Part shown: positions 1 through 11,341 of the stretch, in pieces | Numbering within the stretch: position 1 is the stretch's first letter | Layout: each line of letters begins with the position of its first letter | Source of the DNA: a virus | Lineage: Duplodnaviria > Caudoviricetes | Virus record (IMG/VR): IMGVR_UViG_3300027969_000041 | DNA length: 64,000 bases | Reading direction: 5' to 3' (one strand) | Made by a program: the position numbers and the translations under genes | The notes under the pieces: model-generated | The model's input: only the letters and a program-made list of their open reading frames with translations | What the model was told of the DNA's origin: nothing | Database searches by the model: none

Positions 1-1
1 A

Positions 2-3000
2 GGAAACATTTCTGTTAATCGAGATGACGGCGTCTGCTCAATCGAAACTGTTAATTCAACAGATGGAATTTATTTTGCAGTAATACACTCTGTACAAAAA
101 GAACATGCAATGGTCTTTAACAGTACTACAATTTTCAATGATACTATCTATGATATTGAAACAGGGTATCGTCAGCGTAGAATAAAATTATCAGGATTCC
201 GTACAGCAAATTGGAATGGAGATTATTTCAGTCCCGGTTTTATATACGACACTGCTCAGATTGCAGATTGGCAACAATATAAAGATTACAAATCTGGCGA
301 CCTAGTTAGATTTGCAAGTTTTTATTATTCTGCAAATAACAATGTTTCGGGTACCACCTCATTCGATTTTACTCAATGGACTAAGTTGGGTGAAAAACCA
401 GTTGCTGGTCTATTACCTAATTTTGATTATAAGATTAATCAGTTTGAAGATTTCTATAGTTTAGATATTGATAATTTTGATTCTGCACAGCAGAAGATGG
501 CACAACACCTAACTGGTTATACGCCCCGTGTTTACTTAAACAATATATTCACAAATCCTATTTCACAATATAAATTCTATCAAGGATTTATCAAAGAAAA
601 AGGTACCCGTAATGCTATCAACAAATTATCCAAAGCAACAGTACAAAATTTCCAAGGCGAAATTGATTTCAAAGAAGAATGGGCGTTCCGCATAGGCCAT
701 TACGGTGCATTTGAGACATATAACGAAATTGAAATTCCGTTAAATGAAGGCGGGTTTATAGAAAATCCTCAGGTAGTTAACTTTGTTAATTCAGTACCTA
801 CATCACCTAACGATTTAATTTATTATAGTGCTAGTGCTGATAGAGTAATCACTCCTGTAGATTACACAGCAAAGGATACCTTTCCAATTGACACAGATGA
901 TGATTTTGAATATCAGTTATCTACTGCGGGATATGTTAGACTTGACGATGTAACAGCTACATCCTATGATGATGCAACACTTCTTGAAATTACCAACAAT
1001 GGCAGCATACAAGAAGGCGATGTTATTTGGATAGGATTTAAGAAGAATGGAGATTGGGGAGTATCTCGATATACCAGATCCGACGCAGGAGTTGTGGGTG
1101 TAACACTAGATACTAATACATCAGAGCTTACCTTTATAACTGATAATCTTCACATGTTATCAGAAGGTGACATAGTTTCAGTTTCGCAATTTGGCAACAC
1201 AGTTAACGGAATTTATACTGTTAAATCTGTGGTTGGAACTAACACTTTTATAGTAGATACTACCTTAACATTCATTGACAGCACTTTACTATCTGCAAAA
1301 GGTGCTTTATATTCTTTTGTATCTGCAAGATTTGACACATTTGATAATTTACCGTTAGACAATGATTTATTATCTTTACCTGATGGTACAAAATTCTGGG
1401 TAGATCGTGAAGAACTTGTTGCCGGAGAAAAAACTAATAAATGGAAAGTTTATCAAAAGGTAAACAACTTTACTGCAATCTCTAATACTGGTGCATATAG
1501 TAATGAACAAATTGGATACAGTATCAATAAGAAAAATGGCAACGATATGTTTGTCGTGGGATCTCCGGCATTTAACACTGGTACAGGTGTTTCGAGAATC
1601 TCTGGAAAAGTTGCACTATACGAAAAGATAGGAGATACCCACGCCGAAAGAGCTGAGTTTTTCTTAAATGATTTACCTGTTACATACTATAATGTTTCAT
1701 CGGCACCAGTTTCAGAATTTGGCCGCTGTGTTGTCTATGACGACATTGAAACTACTAATTGGCATCAATATTGGAAACCTTCTGTAACATATACTGCTGG
1801 CATTATTGTTCGATATGGTCGTTATTCTTACAGATGTATAACATCTCATACGTCAACGATTGATATAGATTTAACAAAATGGTATAAACTTAATTTTGGA
1901 TTAATATTCTCTGGAGCACCTGGAGTTAGTTATGCTGGCACATCTACATATACAACCTATGTTCAACAAGGGTTAGTAAAAATTAGTAGTATTAATTCTT
2001 CTTTGTTAGAAGAAGTTACAGAAAAGGTATTGTCTAATCCGGTAACAGCAGCCAGTTATCAACGATTTGGTTCTTCTATATTTGTACAACGTAGTACAGG
2101 TACTAAGGCAATGATAATTAGTGCTCCTGGTACAGCAAGTACAGGAACTGGCGCAGTGTATGCTTATAGTATTACTGCAAATACAAGTACAGTGGGCGTA
2201 ACATACAGCAAGGTATTAACTCCGCCAGTGACATTAAATGTAGGTAGTCAGTGGGGTCATGCTATCAGCGGATCAGATGATGCAAGTATTATTGCAGTTG
2301 GTGCGCCTGGGTACTCAACTAGTACAGGTGTTGTTGCTATATTCACAGGTACATCAGTATCCACACATTATCAAGCTATCACTTCACCGTTTGGTAAGTT
2401 AGCAAGATTTGGAGAAACAGTGTTTGTTTCTGCCGATGGTACAGAATTGTTTGTATCTGCTCCTAATGTTAGAAACAGTGACCGATCTTTCGGAGCAGTT
2501 GTTGTCTATTCAAGAACAACTGGAACATTTAATACATCAACATATCAAATTATAGCTAACCCTGCAAAAGGTGCAGGCATGCACTTTGGTAAAGCAATTG
2601 ATATTACCGCTGACGGCGGAATATTAGTAGTGTCTGCATTAGGAAACAGTAAAAATGTACATACTACCTTTGATACCAGCACAACATTTGATGCTGGCTC
2701 AACAAGCTTCTTTGGAAACTTTAAAGACTCTGGTACTGTATATGTATTTGAGCGTGAACGAAAGTCTAGTAGATATGTACTAGCAGACGATCTAGAATCT
2801 ACAGTAACCGTTGCCGGCTCGTGGTACGGCAATAGTGTAGCAGTTGATGACACTGCTATTTTGGTAGGTGCTCCTGCTATTACTGGTTTAACAACTTCGA
2901 CAATGTATCAGTTTAATAAAATTGATAGTACTATTACAGGATTTGAAGTAGTTAGTGAAAAAGACGATCCAATAATGATCGATGCTATACAAAAAGTAAC

Positions 3001-6000
3001 ACTAATTAATGCGTTTACCGAAGAAGTTGTAGATTATCTTGATGTAGTTGATCCTCTAAAAGGAAAAATTGTAGGTATTGCAGATCAAGAATTAAAATAT
3101 AAATCTGCGTTTGACCCAGCAGTTTATTCTGTAGGTACAACATCTACTGTTACTGATCCGGAGTCTTGTTGGGTAGATAATCATGTAGGTGAATTGTGGT
3201 GGGATTTAAGTACCTCAAAATATATGTGGTATGAACAAAGTGATTTAACATATAGAAAAAATAACTGGGGTAAACTATTTCCCGGAGCAACTATAGATGT
3301 TTATGAATGGGTAGTTTCTATCTATCTGCCAAGTGAGTGGAACACAAAATCTAATTCTGCAGCCGGCCTAGCTGAAGGTGTAAGCGGTCAACCTAAATTT
3401 ATTGACGATAGTACTGTATCTGTTAAACAAGTGTACGATCGAATGACTAATTCTTTTAGTAATTATTATTACTATTGGGTTAAAAATAAAATCACAGTAC
3501 CTAATGCTAAGAATAGACGAGTAAGTGCTTATCAAGTTTCTTCGATGATTGCTGATCCTACCGCTTACGGAATTAAATTTGCCGCAATTATTGATAGTGA
3601 TGCAATTGCATTGGCTAATGTAGGACCTTTATTAGTTGACAATAGAATCCATTTAAATGTTTCCTTAGATTCAACAAATAAAAATGAAGCACTAAAGCAT
3701 ACAGAGTGGTTGCTATTACAAGAAGGGTCTGCTACAAGCACTCCAAACACACTACTTGAGAAAAAACTTCTTGATAGTTTATTAGGACATGATAGTTTAG
3801 GTAATCCTGTACCTAATCCGACATTGTCTGCAAGAACAAGATATGGTATAGGAATTCGACCACAACAAACTTTATTCAAAGATAGACTAGAAGCACTACG
3901 CAATCTTGTAGAATTTACAAATTCTGTGTTAATTAAAAATCTAATTACAGACAATTATAGTTTTTCTAATCTAAACAAACAAGATAACATTCCTGACGAA
4001 TATAGTCATCAGTACGATCAAGTTGTTGAAGATAACGAAGGTTTATTAATTATAGATACTAGATTATTTTCTAGACCAGTATTAACATGTACAGTTGCTA
4101 ACGGAAAAATTCGTAGTGTTCAAATTGTAAATCCGGGATTTGGTTATAAGATTTCTCCTACAGTTTCTATTATCAGTGATGTTAAATCTGATGCATTAAT
4201 TACAACTGAAATTGATGACCTAGGTAGAGTTACTTCGGTAAAAATTGATAATCCGGGTAACGGATTTACATCTGCGCCGACACTGGAAGTTCGCCAGTAC
4301 ACTGTAATTGTTCAGGCTGATACACAATTTAACGGAAAATGGTCTAAGTTTGTTTACAACTTAGATACACACGCATGGACTCGCATTGGTACACAAACTT
4401 ATAATACACCGTTATACTGGAATTATATAGATTGGTCTAGCACTGAGTATAATCCTTACCTAGATTATACAGCAACAGTTGATGATGTTTATGAAGTTAA
4501 TAAATTAGATTTAACAACAGGACAATATGTTAAAGTTAAAAACGGAGGATCTGGATCGTATATTATTCTAGAAAAAGTCTCTGCAGATACAGTAGGAACA
4601 TTTGATGCTGAATATAATATTGTTTACAGCGAAAACGGAACTATCCAAATAGCTAACAGTATCTGGGATACAAAAAATAGTACTCTTGGATTTGATCAAG
4701 TTGGAAGTTTTGATCAAACATTATACGATCAAACACCCGACATTGAATTACAATATATATTGGCAGCGTTAAAGAACGATATATTTGTCAACGAATTAAA
4801 AGTTAATTGGAATTTATTCTTCTTTAAGGCAGTTAAGTATGCACTAACAGAACAAAAATTATTAGACTGGGCTTTCAAAACATCATTTATTAATGTTGTT
4901 AATAATGCAGGTTTATTAGATCAACGACCTGTTTATAAATTATCAAATACTGATTATTATGAACAATATTTAGAAGAAGTAAAACCATACCATACTAACA
5001 TCCGTACATTTACTTCTAAGAACAGTGTCACAGACCCTACACATACTTACACAACTGATTTTGATTTGCCATCTGTTTACAATAAAACAACCGGCTTGTT
5101 TGAATCAATTGAAATTGGCAGTGATAAATTATCACAATATCCTTGGAAGTCGTGGGCAGATAATAATACCTATGAAGTTGGGGCTATTAAAGTAGGTGTT
5201 AAGGGTAGCGGATATACTGTTCCTCCTACAATTGAAATTATAACTGCCCCCGGAGACACTGGATCTGGAGCAACGGCTAGGGCATTTATTAGTTCTGGAC
5301 AGGTTACTGGAATCGAAGTTACAAATCCTGGATCAGGTTATATGAAATCTCCGACAGTCTCTATTGTTGGCGGAGGTGATACTCAATTAACTAAAGCGGT
5401 AGCGTATGCTCAGTTATCTAATGGTAAGATTAGAACAAATCAAATTTCTATGAAATTTGACAGAGTAAGTTCAGTTGATCAAATTGGCTCAAATACAGTA
5501 ACAGATAAATTTATTTGCAACGGAGCAATAAGTGAATTTACATTAAATTGGTTAGCAAAAGCAAGCAAACTTGATATAACTATTACTCTTGATGGTAATA
5601 TTGTTTTAAGTTCTGATTATACCCTTGAATATTTTACAGAAGACTATAATGGTTACAATAAAAAGTTTTCTAAGATTGTTTTCTTAAGTTATGTTCCTGC
5701 AAGTAATCAATTATTAGAAGTTACTTACTTAAAAAATACAGACTTATTCAATGCAACTGAAAGAATATTAAATTATTATACTGCAACTTCTGGAATGCCT
5801 GGGCTTGATCTAGGCCAACTAATGTTAGGTATTGATTATCCTAAGACTAAAATTGAAGGATTGTTGTTTGATAAAACTCAATCATGGGATTTAGTATTTC
5901 CTAACGGTGAAGGAACACCATTTGGGCAAAGTTCCTATGCTGACAGTATTAGTTATTATACTAAGACAACTTCAAGTTTTACATCTACTATTGTTAATGC

Positions 6001-8806
6001 AGGAACACAGACTAGTGTTGTATTAAGTACTACAACTGGCATTGCAGTAGGACAATTTGTTAATGTTATTAGTACCACTACAAATGCATTTACATCTTCA
6101 ACTGTTAAAGTTAGTAGTGTTAACAAAGCTACTAGAACAATTGTTCTTAATACAACAACGGTGGCTACACTTAATACTGGATCTATATTTGAGTTCTGGA
6201 CATACGATACAAACTCTAGTTTATTAGATAGTGCAATTGATGGTGGTAATCTATCATATTCAACTGCGTTAGGTATTAATCCTGCCGACATCAACATTGA
6301 CGGAGATAGTTTCTTTTCTGCAAATACAAGTCATGCTCCGGAAGAGTTTGTTCCTGGACAAGCATCTGAAAGTATCGGTATTAATGTCTACACTAAAAAT
6401 CCACAAGGTGCTCCGTTAGTATTTTCAGGATCAATTCCTATTCAATCTAATACAGTAACAACGTTTGCATTAGGTATGCGACCTATTAGCATTAATAATA
6501 TTTCAGTTAGTTTTAATCATCAATTGTTATCATATGCTACTAATTTGCAGTTTTTAACAAATGTTGGTACACCCGAATATCAAATTAATTGGGAAACAAA
6601 TGAAATTATTATTGGTCCACAAGGACCTTCAGGATATGTGGGATATACTATTACTAGTATAGGCGGTGGCCGCCCAGATATCGAAGCCGGTGTGATTGAT
6701 ACTGCGGTCAGCGTTGGTCAACCATATGTTGGGTTTGAAGATATTAATAGCCCTGCTATACAAGTAGTAAGTTTGTCTTCATACGATACTGTTAAGAGTG
6801 TATATGTAACATTAAATGGTATACCAATTGCTCAAGGACCTTCAAATACAACTTATTATGTTCTCACTTATGCTAATGAAAATGATAACAGAGCAGCAGT
6901 TAATGTTAGAAATCTTCCTAGCAATCAAATCAATACAGTTCAAGCATGGTTTTTTGGAACGCAATACGATTATTATAACGAAATTAGAGAACAGATAATT
7001 CCAATTTCGACAACTACCTACGAGTACACGTTACTATACCCTCCGGGCCCAACCGAACCCGCTGCCGCTTCTGCAATTATTGAACATCATTTTGCTACTG
7101 GTTTAACAAAACGGTTAATACCACCTCACATTAATTATTATCAAATAACTACATCAACTGAAACAACTTTTGTTATTGATAATAATGGAGTGTTTAACGC
7201 CTTAGATGGTACAGTAAGAGTTTACATTAATGGCAGACTGTTAGTAGGCGGTTTTGATTTTACTGTTGTATTAAAAGTTGTTACAATTATTGCCCCATTA
7301 ACTGCCGGTGACTTAGTTGCAATACTCAATACGCCTTTACCTGGTCCTAATTTGGATTATGATTATGACATTGACGGTACTACTCTTTATTTTAACCCAA
7401 ATAGAAGCCCGACAAGTTTCTCAACAACTGCAACTAATGGCTATCTTCGAGTTCTTACTTACAAAGATCACGACGAAATGCTAATGAGAACAGAACGATT
7501 TGATGGTAATCCTAATAGAAGATTTAAGATTTCTCGTCCAATAGAAGATAGCAAATATGTATGGGTTGATATCAACGGAGTACCATTAACTAGCGGTCTT
7601 GATTTTGAAATTCTTGATGATAAGGTAACTATTCAAATTAGTGATGATTATCGTCTTACACCTGGAGACAATATTGTTATTACTAGTATGGTACAACAAC
7701 GTTTTGCTACAACAATTGTTGGATATAGAATCTTCAATGACATGTTTAATAGAACACATTTTAAACGTTTGTCAAAACAAAACACTTCATTCTTAATCCA
7801 GCCATTGAAATTTACAGATACTGAAATTCATGTAAACGATGCAACAGTATTTGCACCGCCGTTAGTTGCCATGAATATTCCCGGAGTTGTAATTATTGAT
7901 GGAGAAAGAATTGAGTTCTTTACTGTCACTGATACTACATTAGGACAACTAAGAAGAAGTACATTAGGGACGGCACCTAGTTTCTATTCAGATGTTGGCA
8001 CAAAAGTAATTGATCAAAGTCCTGCACAGACTATTCCTTTCAGTGAAACTATTAAAAATCAATATCACTATATTTCAACATCGACTAGCACAGTTGTTTT
8101 AAATACGTCTACTAGTTCGTATACATTTATTATTAATACAGCTTCGACCGCAACAATAATTCCTTTAAGTATTAATACATCTACTATAACTAGTAACGGT
8201 ATTACTTTATCTACTGTAACTTCTGTAAATGCTGTTGATCAAATTCAAATATTCTACGGTGGACGACTGTTGAGAAAAGCAGGATATTATAAACACGACA
8301 CTACAATGTCCTATGATAGTCCCGATACTAAAGGTATTGAAATTAACTTTACATCCACTGTAGCAGCGTTACCGTATGCATTTGTACCTGGAACTGCGTA
8401 TGTTGTAACCGCAACAAATCAAGTCTGGGTTTATACTGATTCTCATGAATCAGATGCCGTTAAAGGATATGTTTATAGAGGAATGGATTATGTTCCTCCT
8501 GAATTTACTATTAACACCTCTACACAAGCAGTAACATTAAATATTGAAGGCGGTATAAGCAGCAATGTTAAATTACAAATTGTAAAGAAAGAATTTAATA
8601 AAGCAGAAGTTTGGAACGACGTTGATCCGTCAGACGCTAAAAGAACACTATCTATCATGGATAGTACCTCTACTCAAGCAACATTCCTACAATCTGAACC
8701 TGCAGAATTACCAGATAAGTACTATTTTGGAGGAGACATTACACTAGTTACTAGCGGCGGATCTCCACTAACTGATATTAATAACGAACCATTAGAAGGA
8801 TTTTAA
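2..8806 (+). CDS. Giant virion structural protein (baseplate wedge/tail-associated), 5'-truncated, >2934 aa
   Basis: The frame is open from base 2 (GNISVNRDDG...) into the ATG at 110, so the true start lies outside the window. It has FG-GAP-like repeats (FGSSI, VGAPG, FGETV, FGKAI, YGNSVAV..VGAP; about 1510-2885), repeated V..I.I.NPGxGY...P.V.I units typical of large myophage baseplate/tail proteins, and a Thr/Ser-rich C-terminal third. Confidence 0.7.
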   Translation, partial: GNISVNRDDGVCSIETVNSTDGIYFAVIHSVQKEHAMVFNSTTIFNDTIYDIETGYRQRRIKLSGFRTANWNGDYFSPGFIYDTAQIADWQQYKDYKSGDLVRFASFYYSANNNVSGTTSFDFTQWTKLGEKPVAGLLPNFDYKINQFEDFYSLDIDNFDSAQQKMAQHLTGYTPRVYLNNIFTNPISQYKFYQGFIKEKGTRNAINKLSKATVQNFQGEIDFKEEWAFRIGHYGAFETYNEIEIPLNEGGFIENPQVVNFVNSVPTSPNDLIYYSASADRVITPVDYTAKDTFPIDTDDDFEYQLSTAGYVRLDDVTATSYDDATLLEITNNGSIQEGDVIWIGFKKNGDWGVSRYTRSDAGVVGVTLDTNTSELTFITDNLHMLSEGDIVSVSQFGNTVNGIYTVKSVVGTNTFIVDTTLTFIDSTLLSAKGALYSFVSARFDTFDNLPLDNDLLSLPDGTKFWVDREELVAGEKTNKWKVYQKVNNFTAISNTGAYSNEQIGYSINKKNGNDMFVVGSPAFNTGTGVSRISGKVALYEKIGDTHAERAEFFLNDLPVTYYNVSSAPVSEFGRCVVYDDIETTNWHQYWKPSVTYTAGIIVRYGRYSYRCITSHTSTIDIDLTKWYKLNFGLIFSGAPGVSYAGTSTYTTYVQQGLVKISSINSSLLEEVTEKVLSNPVTAASYQRFGSSIFVQRSTGTKAMIISAPGTASTGTGAVYAYSITANTSTVGVTYSKVLTPPVTLNVGSQWGHAISGSDDASIIAVGAPGYSTSTGVVAIFTGTSVSTHYQAITSPFGKLARFGETVFVSADGTELFVSAPNVRNSDRSFGAVVVYSRTTGTFNTSTYQIIANPAKGAGMHFGKAIDITADGGILVVSALGNSKNVHTTFDTSTTFDAGSTSFFGNFKDSGTVYVFERERKSSRYVLADDLESTVTVAGSWYGNSVAVDDTAILVGAPAITGLTTSTMYQFNKIDSTITGFEVVSEKDDPIMIDAIQKVTLINAFTEEVVDYLDVVDPLKGKIVGIADQELKYKSAFDPAVYSVGTTSTVTDPESCWVDNHVGELWWDLSTSKYMWYEQSDLTYRKNNWGKLFPGATIDVYEWVVSIYLPSEWNTKSNSAAGLAEGVSGQPKFIDDSTVSVKQVYDRMTNSFSNYYYYWVKNKITVPNAKNRRVSAYQVSSMIADPTAYGIKFAAIIDSDAIALANVGPLLVDNRIHLNVSLDSTNKNEALKHTEWLLLQEGSATSTPNTLLEKKLLDSLLGHDSLGNPVPNPTLSARTRYGIGIRPQQTLFKDRLEALRNLVEFTNSVLIKNLITDNYSFSNLNKQDNIPDEYSHQYDQVVEDNEGLLIIDTRLFSRPVLTCTVANGKIRSVQIVNPGFGYKISPTVSIISDVKSDALITTEIDDLGRVTSVKIDNPGNGFTSAPTLEVRQYTVIVQADTQFNGKWSKFVYNLDTHAWTRIGTQTYNTPLYWNYIDWSSTEYNPYLDYTATVDDVYEVNKLDLTTGQYVKVKNGGSGSYIILEKVSADTVGTFDAEYNIVYSENGTIQIANSIWDTKNSTLGFDQVGSFDQTLYDQTPDIELQYILAALKNDIFVNELKVNWNLFFFKAVKYALTEQKLLDWAFKTSFINVVNNAGLLDQRPVYKLSNTDYYEQYLEEVKPYHTNIRTFTSKNSVTDPTHTYTTDFDLPSVYNKTTGLFESIEIGSDKLSQYPWKSWADNNTYEVGAIKVGVKGSGYTVPPTIEIITAPGDTGSGATARAFISSGQVTGIEVTNPGSGYMKSPTVSIVGGGDTQLTKAVAYAQLSNGKIRTNQISMKFDRVSSVDQIGSNTVTDKFICNGAISEFTLNWLAKASKLDITITLDGNIVLSSDYTLEYFTEDYNGYNKKFSKIVFLSYVPASNQLLEVTYLKNTDLFNATERILNYYTATSGMPGLDLGQLMLGIDYPKTKIEGLLFDKTQSWDLVFPNGEGTPFGQSSYADSISYYTKTTSSFTSTIVNAGTQTSVVLSTTTGIAVGQFVNVISTTTNAFTSSTVKVSSVNKATRTIVLNTTTVATLNTGSIFEFWTYDTNSSLLDSAIDGGNLSYSTALGINPADINIDGDSFFSANTSHAPEEFVPGQASESIGINVYTKNPQGAPLVFSGSIPIQSNTVTTFALGMRPISINNISVSFNHQLLSYATNLQFLTNVGTPEYQINWETNEIIIGPQGPSGYVGYTITSIGGGRPDIEAGVIDTAVSVGQPYVGFEDINSPAIQVVSLSSYDTVKSVYVTLNGIPIAQGPSNTTYYVLTYANENDNRAAVNVRNLPSNQINTVQAWFFGTQYDYYNEIREQIIPISTTTYEYTLLYPPGPTEPAAASAIIEHHFATGLTKRLIPPHINYYQITTSTETTFVIDNNGVFNALDGTVRVYINGRLLVGGFDFTVVLKVVTIIAPLTAGDLVAILNTPLPGPNLDYDYDIDGTTLYFNPNRSPTSFSTTATNGYLRVLTYKDHDEMLMRTERFDGNPNRRFKISRPIEDSKYVWVDINGVPLTSGLDFEILDDKVTIQISDDYRLTPGDNIVITSMVQQRFATTIVGYRIFNDMFNRTHFKRLSKQNTSFLIQPLKFTDTEIHVNDATVFAPPLVAMNIPGVVIIDGERIEFFTVTDTTLGQLRRSTLGTAPSFYSDVGTKVIDQSPAQTIPFSETIKNQYHYISTSTSTVVLNTSTSSYTFIINTASTATIIPLSINTSTITSNGITLSTVTSVNAVDQIQIFYGGRLLRKAGYYKHDTTMSYDSPDTKGIEINFTSTVAALPYAFVPGTAYVVTATNQVWVYTDSHESDAVKGYVYRGMDYVPPEFTINTSTQAVTLNIEGGISSNVKLQIVKKEFNKAEVWNDVDPSDAKRTLSIMDSTSTQATFLQSEPAELPDKYYFGGDITLVTSGGSPLTDINNEPLEGF

Positions 8807-8807
8807 C

Positions 8808-9062
8808 ATGCCAAATATCACACAACTTCCTGTCATTGACACCGCAGGCGATCAAACTTACTTTTTAACAGTTGATAGTAAACTAGCAAGACGCATAAAA
8901 GCTAGTTCACTAATTGATCAACTATCTGCTTCTAGAGCAGTACCAGTCCCTTCAACTTCATTATCTGCCGGAACAGTTGGAGATATCGCATACGATGACA
9001 GATATGTTTATATATGTGTTGCTGAAAATACTTGGCGTAGATTGTCTGCAGGCACATTTTAA
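8808..9062 (+). CDS. Small tail-fibre-associated protein
   Basis: 84 aa; the C-terminal GDIAYDDRYVYICVAENTWRR is a beta-rich motif common in phage fibre proteins; 1-nt gap after the giant gene. Confidence 0.5.
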   Translation: MPNITQLPVIDTAGDQTYFLTVDSKLARRIKASSLIDQLSASRAVPVPSTSLSAGTVGDIAYDDRYVYICVAENTWRRLSAGTF

Positions 9063-9067
9063 TACAG

Positions 9068-9075
9068 TATAAATA
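9068..9075 (+). promoter_or_regulatory. T4-type late promoter TATAAATA
   Basis: Exact TATAAATA ending 4 nt before the ATG at 9080, at the head of a structural operon. Confidence 0.65.
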
Positions 9076-9079
9076 CCAT

Positions 9080-9745
9080 ATGGAACCGACCGAAACTATG
9101 AAAAGCCAACAACCTCAACAACAAAATACCCCAGAATCAAAGCCTAACGAGCTTGGATCCGTTAGAGTTCAGGGCCATATTAAAATCTTTGATCCCGAAA
9201 CTAAAGAAGTGTTTATTGATAAGCGTAATGCTATCCATTATGAAAACTTCAGTATTGCAATGGCCCGTAGTTTAAGTAACCAAGGTTATGGTACTATCGG
9301 AGAAATGTGCTTTGGTAATGGCGGGACCCGAGTTGACCAAACTGGAATTATCACATATCTTACTCCGAACGTAGTAGGAACAAGTGCTAGTTTATATAAT
9401 CAAACTTATTATAAAACAGTTGATGCTAGACAGTCGAGTGACTTAGATCCTGCTAGAAATTTCATGGAGACTCGACACGTTGCTGGAACTTCTTATTCAG
9501 ATATCTTAGTTAGTTGCTTATTAGATTTTGGTGAGCCCAGCGGCCAAAGTGCATTTGATAATGCTACAAATTCAGACGGTGATTTTGTATTTGATGAATT
9601 GGGTCTTAGATCCTACAGTCCAGACGGAGCAGGTACAGGAGACTTATTAACACATGTTATCTTCCACCCTGTTCAAAAGTCGTTAAACAGAATGATTCAG
9701 ATCGATTATACAGTGAGAGTTCAGAGCCTTACTAGTGGAGTTTAA
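9080..9745 (+). CDS. Conserved structural protein (tail-collar/baseplate-like)
   Basis: 221 aa; FDELGL and LTHVIFHPVQKSLNR..IDYTVRVQ resemble fibre-attachment/collar proteins; lies between a late promoter and the fibre genes. Confidence 0.5.
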   Translation: MEPTETMKSQQPQQQNTPESKPNELGSVRVQGHIKIFDPETKEVFIDKRNAIHYENFSIAMARSLSNQGYGTIGEMCFGNGGTRVDQTGIITYLTPNVVGTSASLYNQTYYKTVDARQSSDLDPARNFMETRHVAGTSYSDILVSCLLDFGEPSGQSAFDNATNSDGDFVFDELGLRSYSPDGAGTGDLLTHVIFHPVQKSLNRMIQIDYTVRVQSLTSGV

Positions 9746-9747
9746 CA

Positions 9748-11337
9748 ATGACATATACACTACGATACTCAGATCTTACTAAAGACAAAACTGTTACAGT
9801 CCCTAATATGCCCCCTGGCATTAATACTGTTGACACAAGTTTGAGTCTAGTTGGGAGAGGTTATCCTAATTATGGTGAAAAGATTGCTGAAAATTTTTTG
9901 CATTTATTAGAAAATTTTTCCGGACCTATCCCTCCCGAGAACCCAATTGAAGGACAACTGTGGTACGATACTAGCGATATATCTAGGAAAGTTCTGCGTG
10001 TTATGGACGGTACTGCTTCGGCTACTCGCTGGCCTAGTGCCGCTGGAATATACCAACAAAATAGCGATCCTAAAGATACTTCGACTGCGGGGTTAAAAGA
10101 CGGAGATATTTGGGTAGACACTGCTGCTGTCCAACTTAGAATTTATAAAAATGGTGCTTGGACCACAGTTGGTCCTACTATTGCTTCTGGTTCTACAAAA
10201 ACAGGAATGGAAGCAACTACCCGTGAAAGCAGTACAGGCACAACTTCAACTGTAATATTAAATTATGTAGACGGGGTAATTGTATCTGTTGTTTCAAATG
10301 ATGAATTTATCCCGCAACCTTCTATCGAAGGTTTCAGTGTAATTCGTCCGGGCCTTAATATTAGACCTACTGAAGTTACTAAAAATTATAGAATTTGGGG
10401 AGATGCTGATAGAGCAGTAAACTTAAAGGTATCTGGCGTAAATTATTCAGGTGCTGAATTTTTAAGAAAAAATGATTATTCAAATCGTGGACAAGTTGTT
10501 AAAGGCCATATAGTATTCACACAAAGTAATGCAGCACTTAGAGATGCTAATTCCGTTAATAACGGTCTTGTTATTGACAGCGGAACAGGTAGTGAGTATG
10601 TTCAGTTTGCTAAAGAAAATGATAATGCAGTATTATACACTAGTGTTCTTGCTGGTAAACTTATTTTTAGAACAAATAATTTAGGAACGTCGTTTGATGC
10701 AATTTCTGTAGGAAGTTCATCAGTTGATATTATTACAACAACCACAGTTAGCAAAGATGTAACTATTGCTGGAACACTTTCAATTAGCAATACATCTACT
10801 ACTTCGATACAAACCGCGGGCGGATTAAGCATTGCTAAAGATATTATTGCAGGTAGTTCTATTTCTGTGTCCAAAGTAATATCTGCTAATACAGTAACGG
10901 TAGGGACTGCATCTGGAAACGGCGTTGCAATTGCAGTCAACAATGCTGGTACATACGATATTGGAACAGCAAGTAATAAATTTAGAAGTATATATGCATC
11001 AAATGTTTATTCTACTGTTGCAATCTATACTACAGCAGTTAATGCAGTTTCAGTAAGTGCATCATCTATATCTGCTACTACTGCTACTGTAAATAATTCA
11101 TTTGTTAATATTACTGGAGAAGTAAAATCTTTTGCAGGATCATCAATTCCATCTGGCTGGCTTACTTGTAATGGTGCAACTTTTTCAACATCTACTTATG
11201 CAGGGTTGTTTAGTGTAATAGGTTACACATATGGTGGTTCTGGAAGTAGTCCTAAAGTTCCAAATATGTCTACTTCGACATATATTACAACAGGAACAAG
11301 TACAGGAACATACCTAACATATATCATAAAGACATAA
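9748..11337 (+). CDS. Tail fibre/baseplate protein with C-terminal phage tail collar domain
   Basis: Shared N-terminal anchor (LVGRGYPNYGEKIAENFLHLLENF...GQLWYD); the C-terminal GEVKSFAGSSIPSGWLTCNGATFSTSTYAGLFSVIGYTYGG...PNM matches the tail collar motif. Confidence 0.7.
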   Translation: MTYTLRYSDLTKDKTVTVPNMPPGINTVDTSLSLVGRGYPNYGEKIAENFLHLLENFSGPIPPENPIEGQLWYDTSDISRKVLRVMDGTASATRWPSAAGIYQQNSDPKDTSTAGLKDGDIWVDTAAVQLRIYKNGAWTTVGPTIASGSTKTGMEATTRESSTGTTSTVILNYVDGVIVSVVSNDEFIPQPSIEGFSVIRPGLNIRPTEVTKNYRIWGDADRAVNLKVSGVNYSGAEFLRKNDYSNRGQVVKGHIVFTQSNAALRDANSVNNGLVIDSGTGSEYVQFAKENDNAVLYTSVLAGKLIFRTNNLGTSFDAISVGSSSVDIITTTTVSKDVTIAGTLSISNTSTTSIQTAGGLSIAKDIIAGSSISVSKVISANTVTVGTASGNGVAIAVNNAGTYDIGTASNKFRSIYASNVYSTVAIYTTAVNAVSVSASSISATTATVNNSFVNITGEVKSFAGSSIPSGWLTCNGATFSTSTYAGLFSVIGYTYGGSGSSPKVPNMSTSTYITTGTSTGTYLTYIIKT

Positions 11338-11341
11338 CAAA

